Virus record (IMG/VR): IMGVR_UViG_3300024343_000007 | Location: 64,001-76,892 of that record | DNA from: a virus | Taxonomy: Duplodnaviria > Heunggongvirae > Uroviricota > Caudoviricetes | DNA: 12,892 nt | Reading direction: 5' to 3' (one strand) | Shown here: in pieces, positions 1 to 7,520 of the stretch | How the letters are laid out: each line of letters starts with the position of its first letter | Numbering within the stretch: the stretch's first letter is position 1 | Translations under genes and position numbers: made by a program | Notes under the pieces: generated by a model | Databases searched by the model: none | What the model was told of the DNA's origin: nothing | Seen by the model: the letters and a program-made list of their open reading frames with translations, nothing else

Positions 1-3000
1 AAGAAGTATGGTGGAAATATAGTAAAGCTTAAGACCACATCATCAGGAATGAATTCAAAGGTAACTATTGATGTTCACCCTATTGCTGAAAAAGAATTTA
101 ATAAACTAAACCCACAGCAAGTATTGTTCTCTAAGAAAGGACAATTAGAAAGCTCTAAAGCTTCTCCTAAAACATTAGTAGTCATTAAAGACTTCTTAAA
201 TAGAATAGGAGTAGACATGCAGACTGTAGATAAGATTGTTGTAGATGGTGTGAGACAAGATGCTAATGGTGCTGCGTTGATAATGCAAAAGCTATTACAA
301 GTTGTAGAAGGTAAAGATGACATTGCCCTTCCTGAGGAAGCTATGCACTTTGCTGTAGAGATCTTAGAACAAAAAGATCCTGCATTGTTTAATCAATTAT
401 TAAAAGAGATTGGTAGCTATAGAATGTTACAACAAGTAATAGATCAATATAGCTCTGATCCAAATTATCAAACTGCTGATGGTAAACCTAACATCAGAAA
501 GTTAAAGAAAGAAGCTATTGCTAAAGTATTAGCTGAGGTAGTAATAGGTAAAGCTGAAGGTGTTGTTGAGAAGCCTGAGCTTATGGCTAAAGCAGAAACT
601 TGGTGGCAAAAGATTATTAGCTTCTTTAAGAATTTACTTGTAGAAAGTGGATTTGATACAGCTGCAATAAAGGTTCTTACAGGAGAAGGTATTGGTACAG
701 CTGAAGATATTAGAGCTGAAGAGGGAGAGTTCTTTTTACAGACCCCTGGTAATTCACAAGCTGCTGTATATCAAGGAATTAAAAACTTACAGAATCAAGT
801 TACTACTAAAGATGAAGTACAATCTGATGGAACAATAAAAACTTTCTATTATATTAATGGAAAGAAAGTTCCTAGAAGGGTAAGTGATCTTGTACAAGAT
901 TGGTACACTAGAAGATTTAAAGCTAATGATTTAACTAAAAGTGAATATGCTAAGTCATTAGATGATTTTAGAATGGAGAAAGGTACAAAAGGACATTCTG
1001 ATATTCAATATGCATTCAGCAGATTTGTAGATGAGAATGGATACTTACGTCCTAAAATGTTAGATGATTCTGATTACACGTCTCAACTTGATCCATACAA
1101 CAGAGACTACTATGAAATCCTTAGAGATAACTTGGAGGCAAGATTAAATTCTTTCCCTCCAAATACAAGATTCATGGCTGAGGTTACAATATATGATGAG
1201 AAAAGAGGAATTGCAGGCACAGTGGATTTCTTAGCTATTGAAGAATCAGGTAAGGTAAACATCTTAGATTGGAAGTTTATGGATATTAATCTTGAAAAAT
1301 CTAAAGGAGATATTCCTTGGTACAAGGTTAATTCTTGGAACCTACAAATGGACCAATACAAATCTATTATTAAAACAATGTTCAGTTTAAAGGATAAAGA
1401 CTTTAAACAAACAAGAATGATTCCTATCAGAGCAGTATATGAAGGAGGTAGTGCTAAAGAGAATGTACTTCCTATATTAACTTCAGTGGAGATTGGAGAT
1501 GTTAATATACAGAATATACAAGAAAACTATTTAATTCCTGTAGGTCTTGAAAAAGAAGAAACAGGTAATAAAAAGATTGACAAGTTATTAGAAAAGCTTA
1601 ACGCTGTATACAAACAGATATCTAATATCAAAGCTCTTCCTTCTCAGAAACTATCTAAAGCTGAACAGTTAAACGCATTGTTCTCTGCTATTAGGCAATT
1701 GCAGATGAAGCAGAACATTGTGCCATTGATATATCAAGCTAAGGTATTGAACAAACAGATTCAAACTAATATTGATACATATAATAATAAATGGAAAGGT
1801 ACAGATCCTAAGTCTTTCTCTATGGAAGAAATAGATGAATTCACTGATTCAATTATAGGAGCACAAGAAGCTATTCAAACTTATGCTACATTAGATACAG
1901 ATCTTAAATTCTTATTCCAAGGAGAGTTATCTGAAGAAGATAAGAAATTAAGAGAAGACTTAAGAGATGCTGCTGATAATGCTAGGGATCTAAATACAGA
2001 ACTATTAGAAGTAATGGATGAGTTTGCTGATAAAATTGTTGCTAATAGACAAGGTATATCTGATATACTTAAACCTGAGAAGATTGTTAGAGGGTTTGCC
2101 AAGTGGTTTTCTTCTACATCAATAACACAGGTTAAGGCTATACAGGTTTTATATAGAATGGCAAACAAAGCATTTGGTATAGGTGCTCAGCAAACACTTG
2201 ATGAAACTAAAAAATTACAAACTCTTCAAACTGCATATGAAGAGTGGGCTAAGTCTAAAGGACTTATTCCTAAGAACTACTTTGATATCTTGATGAAGAA
2301 AGGAGAGAATAAATTAATTGATCAATATGATCCTCAGTTTTATAAAGAACTTACTAAAAATGTAGGTGAGAAAAACTTTGATTGGATTAAAGACAATATT
2401 GATATTTCTGAATATAATAAGTTCTTAAAAGAAAGACTTGAGAAAGAAACTGAATACATTAATGAAAAGGCTAGAGTAGAAGAAGGAGAGGAAAGAGAAA
2501 AAGCTATTCAGCAAGAGATTGCTAAAGCTGAAAGAATGTATGACACTTCTACAACTGAAGGTCTTGGGTGGTTACAATATGATCTTATTAAGAAGTTTCC
2601 TAAAGAGAAATGGGAATCTGCTGAATGGAAAGAACTTAAGAACGTTAAACCAGCTAAAGATTTCTATGATTACATTATAGAAAGAAATAACTACTACCAA
2701 TCTATAGGATATATCCATGCAAAAGAAGCAAGGGTATTCCTTCCTTGGGTTAGAAAAGGAATGATGGAGAAGTTAATCTTTGGTGGTAAGATAGCTATAG
2801 GTGAACAGTTCTTAAGAAACATATCTGTAGATGAAGGTGATTTAGGATATGGTGAGACTGATCCTCTAACAGGTAGACCAGTGAACAGAGTTCCAATCTA
2901 TTTAACTAGAGAACTAGAAACAGATTATAGTACAGACTTGTTTAGAAACATGGCTCTTTATAATGAGATGGCTATTAAGTTTAAACAAATGTCTGATATA

Positions 3001-4746
3001 GAAGCACAAGCTAGATTACTTATTAGTGTAGAAAGAAACAAGAAAGCTATTGCTACATCTAGATATGGCAAGACTATAACAAATGAAAAAGGTGAGTTAG
3101 AATATACACCAGATAACACTGAGAACACTCAGCTATTAGAAGATATGGTGAAGGGTATTGTGTATGGACAGAAGTATATAGAAAGCGAAACCTTTGATCA
3201 GTTATTAGGTAAGATGGGTAACTTTGGTGAATCACTTAATAATGGTCTTGCCAAGTTAGGTGTTAATAGTAGAATATTTCCAGAGAACATAGCTAGTAGA
3301 CAGTTTAGCGTAAACAAGGTACTTAATCAAATTAATAATACATATCAAATCAATGCATTAGGATTCAACGTTCTATCAGCTCTTTCTAACTTGTTTGGTG
3401 GTACAGCTCAGTCTATTATCAACGCTGGTACATACTTTACACATGAAGAGTTTGCAGCCACTGAGTATTGGATGATGTTAGGTAAGATGACTGGTAATGA
3501 TAAGGATAAAAGAATTGCAGCATTAGAATACTTCCTTCCTTTAACAGATAATTATAATAAAGAAATTGCTAAGACATTATCTATTAGTAAGTTAAGTCAG
3601 GAGAACATCCAAGAGTTTTTAATGATCTTGATGAGAAAGTCAGACTTGTATGTACAGTCAGCTAACTTCTTTAGCTTCTTAAGTAATACTATTATAGTAG
3701 ATGGTGAGGTGGTAAATGCTAGAGAGTATTTAAGAAAGCAACCAGACTATCAAAAGAAATATCAAGGAACAGCTGAAGAACAAAAAGCTTTCAAACAGAA
3801 GTTTGAAGATGATGTTAAAAAGCTAATTGAAGATAAAGGAATCATGAAGGTTGCTACTATTAAAGATGGTAAATTAGAAATCCCTGGTGTAGAAAGATCT
3901 TCTGATAGCGTATTAGAATTAAGAAGAAAAGTGCAGTCTTTAAGTAAAGCTGCATTAGGTAACTTATCTGAAGATGATATTAGAAAGATTAACCTAAATA
4001 TATATGGTAAGTCTTTCATGTTATTTAAGAACTGGATTCCTAGACTTGTAGATGTAAGATATGGTAACTTAAAATTCAACGCTGGATCTGATGCCTATGA
4101 GTGGGGAAGAATGAGAAATGTATTTAGAATTATGTCTGAAGATATAAGAGGTTCATTATCAAATCTATACAACACACTACAAGGTAATGAGAAAGGTGTA
4201 GACTTTATGAGAAAGCTTTTTGAAAAGAAAAAGGCTGACTATGAATCAGATACAGGTAAGGAACTAGAAATGGATGAAGTGGCATTCATGGATTTAAATG
4301 TAAAGAATGTTAAGGCTCAGTTACTTGATACCATCTTCTTATTAACATTAGTTTCTTTATATGCTGGAGTTAAAGCATACGCTCCAGATGATGATGAGCT
4401 TAGCAAAAACCAACACAGATTCTTTGTCAAAGCAACAGATAAACTTAAGGATGAGCTTTTATATTTCTACAATCCTACAAGCATACTTAATCTAGTTTCA
4501 CAAGGTTTCTTCCCAGCAAAAGGTCTTATTGAAAACTATGTAAAGTTCTTTAACAATTTCATGTTAGAAAACTACTACATAGTTACAGGAGATGAAAAAG
4601 CTGCAGATAAAAACTTTGTACTTAAATATGGTATGAAAGCTGTTCCTGGTTTGAATCAGTTTGCATCTTGGTTACCAATGTTCTATCCTCAAGCAGCCAA
4701 AGACCTAGGAATTAGGGCCCAAGCACAATATGGATTTGTTAGATAG
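1..4746 (+). CDS. Giant phage virion / DNA-ejection-type polyvalent protein (at least 1565 aa, probably 5'-truncated) with N-terminal zincin-like motif, RecB-family PD-(D/E)xK nuclease domain and long alpha-helical C-terminal region
   Basis: Frame 1 has no stop from base 1 (KKYGGNIVKLKTTSSG) to the first Met at 49, so the true start may lie upstream; stop TAG at 4744-4746. No Cys in 1565 aa. K/E-rich helical composition. C-terminal segments (LGFNVLSALSNLFGG, FMLFKNWIPRLVDVRYG...EWGR, hydrophobic TIFLLTLVSLYAGV) recall giant internal virion proteins of podoviruses and crAss-like phages (recognised from memory, not searched). Directly upstream of a fibre operon. Confidence 0.7.
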   Translation, partial: KKYGGNIVKLKTTSSGMNSKVTIDVHPIAEKEFNKLNPQQVLFSKKGQLESSKASPKTLVVIKDFLNRIGVDMQTVDKIVVDGVRQDANGAALIMQKLLQVVEGKDDIALPEEAMHFAVEILEQKDPALFNQLLKEIGSYRMLQQVIDQYSSDPNYQTADGKPNIRKLKKEAIAKVLAEVVIGKAEGVVEKPELMAKAETWWQKIISFFKNLLVESGFDTAAIKVLTGEGIGTAEDIRAEEGEFFLQTPGNSQAAVYQGIKNLQNQVTTKDEVQSDGTIKTFYYINGKKVPRRVSDLVQDWYTRRFKANDLTKSEYAKSLDDFRMEKGTKGHSDIQYAFSRFVDENGYLRPKMLDDSDYTSQLDPYNRDYYEILRDNLEARLNSFPPNTRFMAEVTIYDEKRGIAGTVDFLAIEESGKVNILDWKFMDINLEKSKGDIPWYKVNSWNLQMDQYKSIIKTMFSLKDKDFKQTRMIPIRAVYEGGSAKENVLPILTSVEIGDVNIQNIQENYLIPVGLEKEETGNKKIDKLLEKLNAVYKQISNIKALPSQKLSKAEQLNALFSAIRQLQMKQNIVPLIYQAKVLNKQIQTNIDTYNNKWKGTDPKSFSMEEIDEFTDSIIGAQEAIQTYATLDTDLKFLFQGELSEEDKKLREDLRDAADNARDLNTELLEVMDEFADKIVANRQGISDILKPEKIVRGFAKWFSSTSITQVKAIQVLYRMANKAFGIGAQQTLDETKKLQTLQTAYEEWAKSKGLIPKNYFDILMKKGENKLIDQYDPQFYKELTKNVGEKNFDWIKDNIDISEYNKFLKERLEKETEYINEKARVEEGEEREKAIQQEIAKAERMYDTSTTEGLGWLQYDLIKKFPKEKWESAEWKELKNVKPAKDFYDYIIERNNYYQSIGYIHAKEARVFLPWVRKGMMEKLIFGGKIAIGEQFLRNISVDEGDLGYGETDPLTGRPVNRVPIYLTRELETDYSTDLFRNMALYNEMAIKFKQMSDIEAQARLLISVERNKKAIATSRYGKTITNEKGELEYTPDNTENTQLLEDMVKGIVYGQKYIESETFDQLLGKMGNFGESLNNGLAKLGVNSRIFPENIASRQFSVNKVLNQINNTYQINALGFNVLSALSNLFGGTAQSIINAGTYFTHEEFAATEYWMMLGKMTGNDKDKRIAALEYFLPLTDNYNKEIAKTLSISKLSQENIQEFLMILMRKSDLYVQSANFFSFLSNTIIVDGEVVNAREYLRKQPDYQKKYQGTAEEQKAFKQKFEDDVKKLIEDKGIMKVATIKDGKLEIPGVERSSDSVLELRRKVQSLSKAALGNLSEDDIRKINLNIYGKSFMLFKNWIPRLVDVRYGNLKFNAGSDAYEWGRMRNVFRIMSEDIRGSLSNLYNTLQGNEKGVDFMRKLFEKKKADYESDTGKELEMDEVAFMDLNVKNVKAQLLDTIFLLTLVSLYAGVKAYAPDDDELSKNQHRFFVKATDKLKDELLYFYNPTSILNLVSQGFFPAKGLIENYVKFFNNFMLENYYIVTGDEKAADKNFVLKYGMKAVPGLNQFASWLPMFYPQAAKDLGIRAQAQYGFVR
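280..636 (+). other. Zincin-like metallopeptidase (MPTase-type) domain with variant EExxH motif
   Basis: LPEEAMHF (E96-E97-x-x-H100, nt 334-348), downstream KEAIAKVLA (E155, candidate third ligand, nt 511) and WWQKIISFFKNL helix (nt 601-636). This motif order matches MPTase domains of phage polyvalent proteins, but the first His of HExxH is Glu. Boundaries approximate. Confidence 0.5.
847..1368 (+). other. RecB-family / PDDEXK_1-like nuclease domain inside the giant protein
   Basis: Ordered motifs YYING...RVSD, KGTKGH (H316), E378, GIAGTVD (D393, nt 1225), ILDWK (D407-x-K409, nt 1267-1275) and QMDQY (QxxxY). All expected catalytic positions are present. Confidence 0.8.
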
Positions 4747-4747
4747 T

Positions 4748-4775
4748 TATTGCTATATTATGTAGTAATACTTTT
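4748..4775 (+). terminator. Weak AT-rich hairpin right after the giant gene stop; possible intrinsic terminator or protein-binding inverted repeat
   Basis: tattgcta (4748-4755) pairs with tagtaata (4763-4770) with one G-U pair, followed by ctttt. Low stability. Confidence 0.3.
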
Positions 4776-4784
4776 CCTAACTCA

Positions 4785-4813
4785 TTGAAAATAAATTAAA
4801 TTCACTATTTTTG
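4785..4813 (+). promoter_or_regulatory. Bacteroidota primary-sigma promoter (-33 TTG, -7 TAnnTTTG) for the fibre operon
   Basis: TTG at 4785-4787, 18-nt spacer, TAttTTTG at 4806-4813: an exact match to the Bacteroidota -7 consensus, in the only sizeable intergenic gap of the window. Confidence 0.65.
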
Positions 4814-4820
4814 CTAATAC

Positions 4821-4851
4821 AGGTGCATATGCTATGGCTAGTTATGCACCT
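4821..4851 (+). promoter_or_regulatory. Stem-loop at the predicted transcript 5' end (5' stabiliser or attenuator), or terminator of the upstream gene
   Basis: aggtgcata (4821-4829) is the exact reverse complement of tatgcacct (4843-4851). The stem extends by gcta/tagt around a tggc loop and is followed by tcttgt. Confidence 0.55.
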
Positions 4852-4911
4852 TCTTGTATATCATACACATATGTATAGCAAAAAATTGTTATAACATTAC
4901 AATCTAAAAAC

Positions 4912-7497
4912 ATGAACGTCACCTGTCAAGCAATCCCTTGCCCAGTAATACTGGATTCGACCTGCGTATTCTACGAAGGCCCATACCTTGTATACTCTGG
5001 TATTAATACTAACGACAATTTACAAACAGCATTAGAGAAGATTGATGCAGCTTTTGCATCAGCTGGCTATGGTACGTCTGGTACCTCTGGTTCCTCTGGA
5101 AAGAATGGCACATCTGGAACAGCAGGTTCTAGTGGTAAGTCAGGCACTTCAGGAACTGCTGGTACTTCTGCTAGCTCTGGTAATTCAGGTACAGCTGGTA
5201 CATCAGGAAGCTCTGGTAGCTCTGGAAAGAATGGTACTGCTGGAACATCAGGTTCATCAGGCAGTTCTGGCTCTAGTGGAAATAATGGTACATCAGGAAC
5301 CTCTGCTACATCTGGTAGCTCAGGCTCTAGTGGTACGTCTGGATCTTCTGCATCTAGTGGAACATCTGCTAGCTCAGGAACAGCAGGTTCTTCTGGTATT
5401 TCAGGTGACAGATATGCAACTATATCTAGTAGCACATTTACATTAGGTGCTGCAGGTTCTATTGTTATTGGATTAGGCTTAGCTTATACAGCAGCACAGA
5501 ACGTAATCATAGCATATAACTCAAGCAATCACCAAACTTCTGAGATAATTTCTTATAATCCTACTACAGGAGTGTTGACTTTTGATACTCCTACAGACGT
5601 TGCTGGTTCTGGCACATACTCAGTATGGTCAGTTAACTTAGCTGGAGCAGCAGGTGGTGATGGTTCTAGTGGTACAAGTGGAAGCTCTGGTACATCTGGA
5701 TCTACAGGAACCTCAGGATCTTCTGGATCAAGTGCAACTAGTGGATCAAGTGGAACAAATGGCTCTAGTGGTACCAATGGTTCTAGTGGTATTACAGGTA
5801 CTTCTGGTACTTCAGGAGGTACAGGATCAACAGGATCAGGTGGTACGTCTGGTACTAATGGTACATCAGCAACAGCTGGTACTTCTGGTGTTCCTGGAAC
5901 ATCTGGTACTTCAGGCACATCTGGTGCAGATGGTAGCTCTGGTACAGCCATTGCTAACTGGTATGGTCAGTGGTATTCTTCAGTATCTCAACAAGTTAGT
6001 GCTGCGAATACACCAACAGCTTGGTATTATACAAATACAGAATTATCATATGGTATTACAAATGTCTTGGGATCAAGATTGGTAGTAGCATATCCTGGAC
6101 AATATGAGTTTGCATTCACAGCAATTGTTGATAAACAAACTCCTGGTAGTGCTACATTAAATGTATGGTTAAGACTTAATGGTTCTGATTTAGCTAATAG
6201 TAAAGTTTCTATTGAACTTGTTGGTCAAGAAGTAGAACAATTACCACATACAGCACAAATTATAAACTTACTACCAGGTGATTATATTGAGTGGTATTTT
6301 GCTTGTGACGATAGCACTGCTAGGATCAAAGCAATTCCTCAATTAATCAGTCCATATTTATCTCCTGCTGCTCCAGCAGTAACTGCATACGCTAAACAAA
6401 TTGGTGTGGCAGTAAGTGGAACGTCTGGTACGTCTGCTTCTTCTGGAACATCTGGAACATCTGCTACAGATGGATCAAGTGGTACATCTGCATCATCTGG
6501 AACTTCTGGTTCGTCAGGTTCAACAGGTACCTCTGGTTCTTCTGGTACAAGTGGCACTACAGGAACAAGTGGTACAACAGGTACGTCAGGTACAACTGGA
6601 ACTGATGGCTCAAGTGGTACTAGTGGTACAACTGGAACAGATGGTTCTAGTGGTACTTCTGCATCAAGTGGTACTTCAGCTTCTAGTGGAACCTCAGGTT
6701 CATCTGGAACTGCAGGAACAAGTGGTACAGATGGTTCGTCTGGAACTTCTGGCACTGATGGTAGTTCAGGAACTGATGGTAGTTCAGGTACAAGTGGCAC
6801 TGATGGATCAAGTGGAACTTCAGGTTCTAGTGGTACAGCTGGAACAGCTGGTACTGATGGTTCATCAGGAACATCTGCATCTAGTGGAACCTCAGGTACA
6901 ACAGGTACAGATGGTTCTTCAGGAACAGATGGCTCTTCTGGTACCTCTGGTACAGATGGCTCTAGTGGAACAAGTGGAACAACAGGTACAGATGGATCAA
7001 GTGGTACAAGTGGAACAAGTGGAACTGATGGAAGTTCAGGCACTAGTGGAACTTCAGGTACTAATGGTTCAAGTGGAACTGCTGGTACAACTGGAACTGA
7101 TGGATCTAGTGGAACAGCAGGTACTGCTGGTACAACAGGTACAACAGGAACTTCTGGTACATCAACAAGTACATTAGGTACATCTGGAGATTCAATCACT
7201 ATTCCTCCTGCTGAAGCTACAACAACAACAAGTACAACATCTACAACATCTACTACAACAACAGCAGCACCTGTATACTACTATAATGTAGATCAATATA
7301 ACTGTCCAGGATGTACACTATTTGCACCATCAATACTTGCAGTTTCTACAGTATTATTAACTAATGGAGATTATTACAATATAGGTGATGGTTATGTTTA
7401 CCAAGTTAACTTTGGAGCTCCAGCTGGAACACCTATTGTTGATCTTAGTACAGCTGCATCAGCTGGAACAGATTGTTCTGCAACTTGTGCAATATAA
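4912..7497 (+). CDS. Multidomain Gly-X-Y (G-T/S-S/T) fibre protein, 861 aa
   Basis: Architecture: Cys-containing N-terminal domain (CVFYEG..L..SGI.T.DNLQTALEKID); G-X-Y block 5071-5406; repeated beta module 5407-5640; G-X-Y 5644-5949; C1q/BclA-C-like beta domain 5956-6402; 83-triplet G-X-Y block 6418-7164; Thr-rich linker; Cys-containing C-terminal domain. A-rich start context without SD. Confidence 0.8.
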   Translation: MNVTCQAIPCPVILDSTCVFYEGPYLVYSGINTNDNLQTALEKIDAAFASAGYGTSGTSGSSGKNGTSGTAGSSGKSGTSGTAGTSASSGNSGTAGTSGSSGSSGKNGTAGTSGSSGSSGSSGNNGTSGTSATSGSSGSSGTSGSSASSGTSASSGTAGSSGISGDRYATISSSTFTLGAAGSIVIGLGLAYTAAQNVIIAYNSSNHQTSEIISYNPTTGVLTFDTPTDVAGSGTYSVWSVNLAGAAGGDGSSGTSGSSGTSGSTGTSGSSGSSATSGSSGTNGSSGTNGSSGITGTSGTSGGTGSTGSGGTSGTNGTSATAGTSGVPGTSGTSGTSGADGSSGTAIANWYGQWYSSVSQQVSAANTPTAWYYTNTELSYGITNVLGSRLVVAYPGQYEFAFTAIVDKQTPGSATLNVWLRLNGSDLANSKVSIELVGQEVEQLPHTAQIINLLPGDYIEWYFACDDSTARIKAIPQLISPYLSPAAPAVTAYAKQIGVAVSGTSGTSASSGTSGTSATDGSSGTSASSGTSGSSGSTGTSGSSGTSGTTGTSGTTGTSGTTGTDGSSGTSGTTGTDGSSGTSASSGTSASSGTSGSSGTAGTSGTDGSSGTSGTDGSSGTDGSSGTSGTDGSSGTSGSSGTAGTAGTDGSSGTSASSGTSGTTGTDGSSGTDGSSGTSGTDGSSGTSGTTGTDGSSGTSGTSGTDGSSGTSGTSGTNGSSGTAGTTGTDGSSGTAGTAGTTGTTGTSGTSTSTLGTSGDSITIPPAEATTTTSTTSTTSTTTTAAPVYYYNVDQYNCPGCTLFAPSILAVSTVLLTNGDYYNIGDGYVYQVNFGAPAGTPIVDLSTAASAGTDCSATCAI
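5956..6402 (+). other. Probable C1q/TNF/BclA C-terminal-like jelly-roll trimerisation domain, internal to the fibre
   Basis: YGQWYS...ANTPTAW.Y......GI....SRLVVAYPGQYEFAFTA...VWLRLNG...GDYIEW pattern: alternating beta strands with the G-x-Y-x-F-x-F and GDYIE-type motifs typical of C1q/BclA-like heads, flanked by G-X-Y repeats. Confidence 0.55.
6418..7164 (+). repeat. 83 in-register triplets ([15 protein letters not shown], occasional Ala for Gly), no Pro, Lys or Arg
   Basis: Counted from the translation; contains 13 GTD-GSS hexapeptides. Confidence 0.95.
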
Positions 7498-7520
7498 ATA
7501 AAAATATAAAATAAATATAA

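Noticed and set aside
847-1368. Cas4 / CRISPR-associated interpretation of the nuclease
   Set aside because: No Cys residues for the Cas4 Fe-S cluster, no other cas genes, and no repeat-spacer array; the visible periodicity is coding triplets.
75-4079. Short antisense ORFs inside the giant gene (75-323, 1110-1361, 1881-2168, 3762-4079)
   Set aside because: Fully overlapped by a long ORF with coherent motifs; no recognisable features or expression signals.
4744-4788. TAG stop-codon reassignment as in some crAss-like phages
   Set aside because: All long ORFs are intact under code 11 with no internal TAG or TGA. Read-through would add only about 14 residues before a TGA.
5062-5082. AGYGTS resembling the ice-nucleation protein AGYGST repeat
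   Set aside because: Single occurrence; the 8/16/48-residue periodicity of ice-nucleation proteins is absent and the repeat here has period 3.
7219-7263. (ACA)n-like tract as a phase-variation switch
   Set aside because: Short, interrupted and trinucleotide-based, so slippage would only change the Thr linker length, not the frame.
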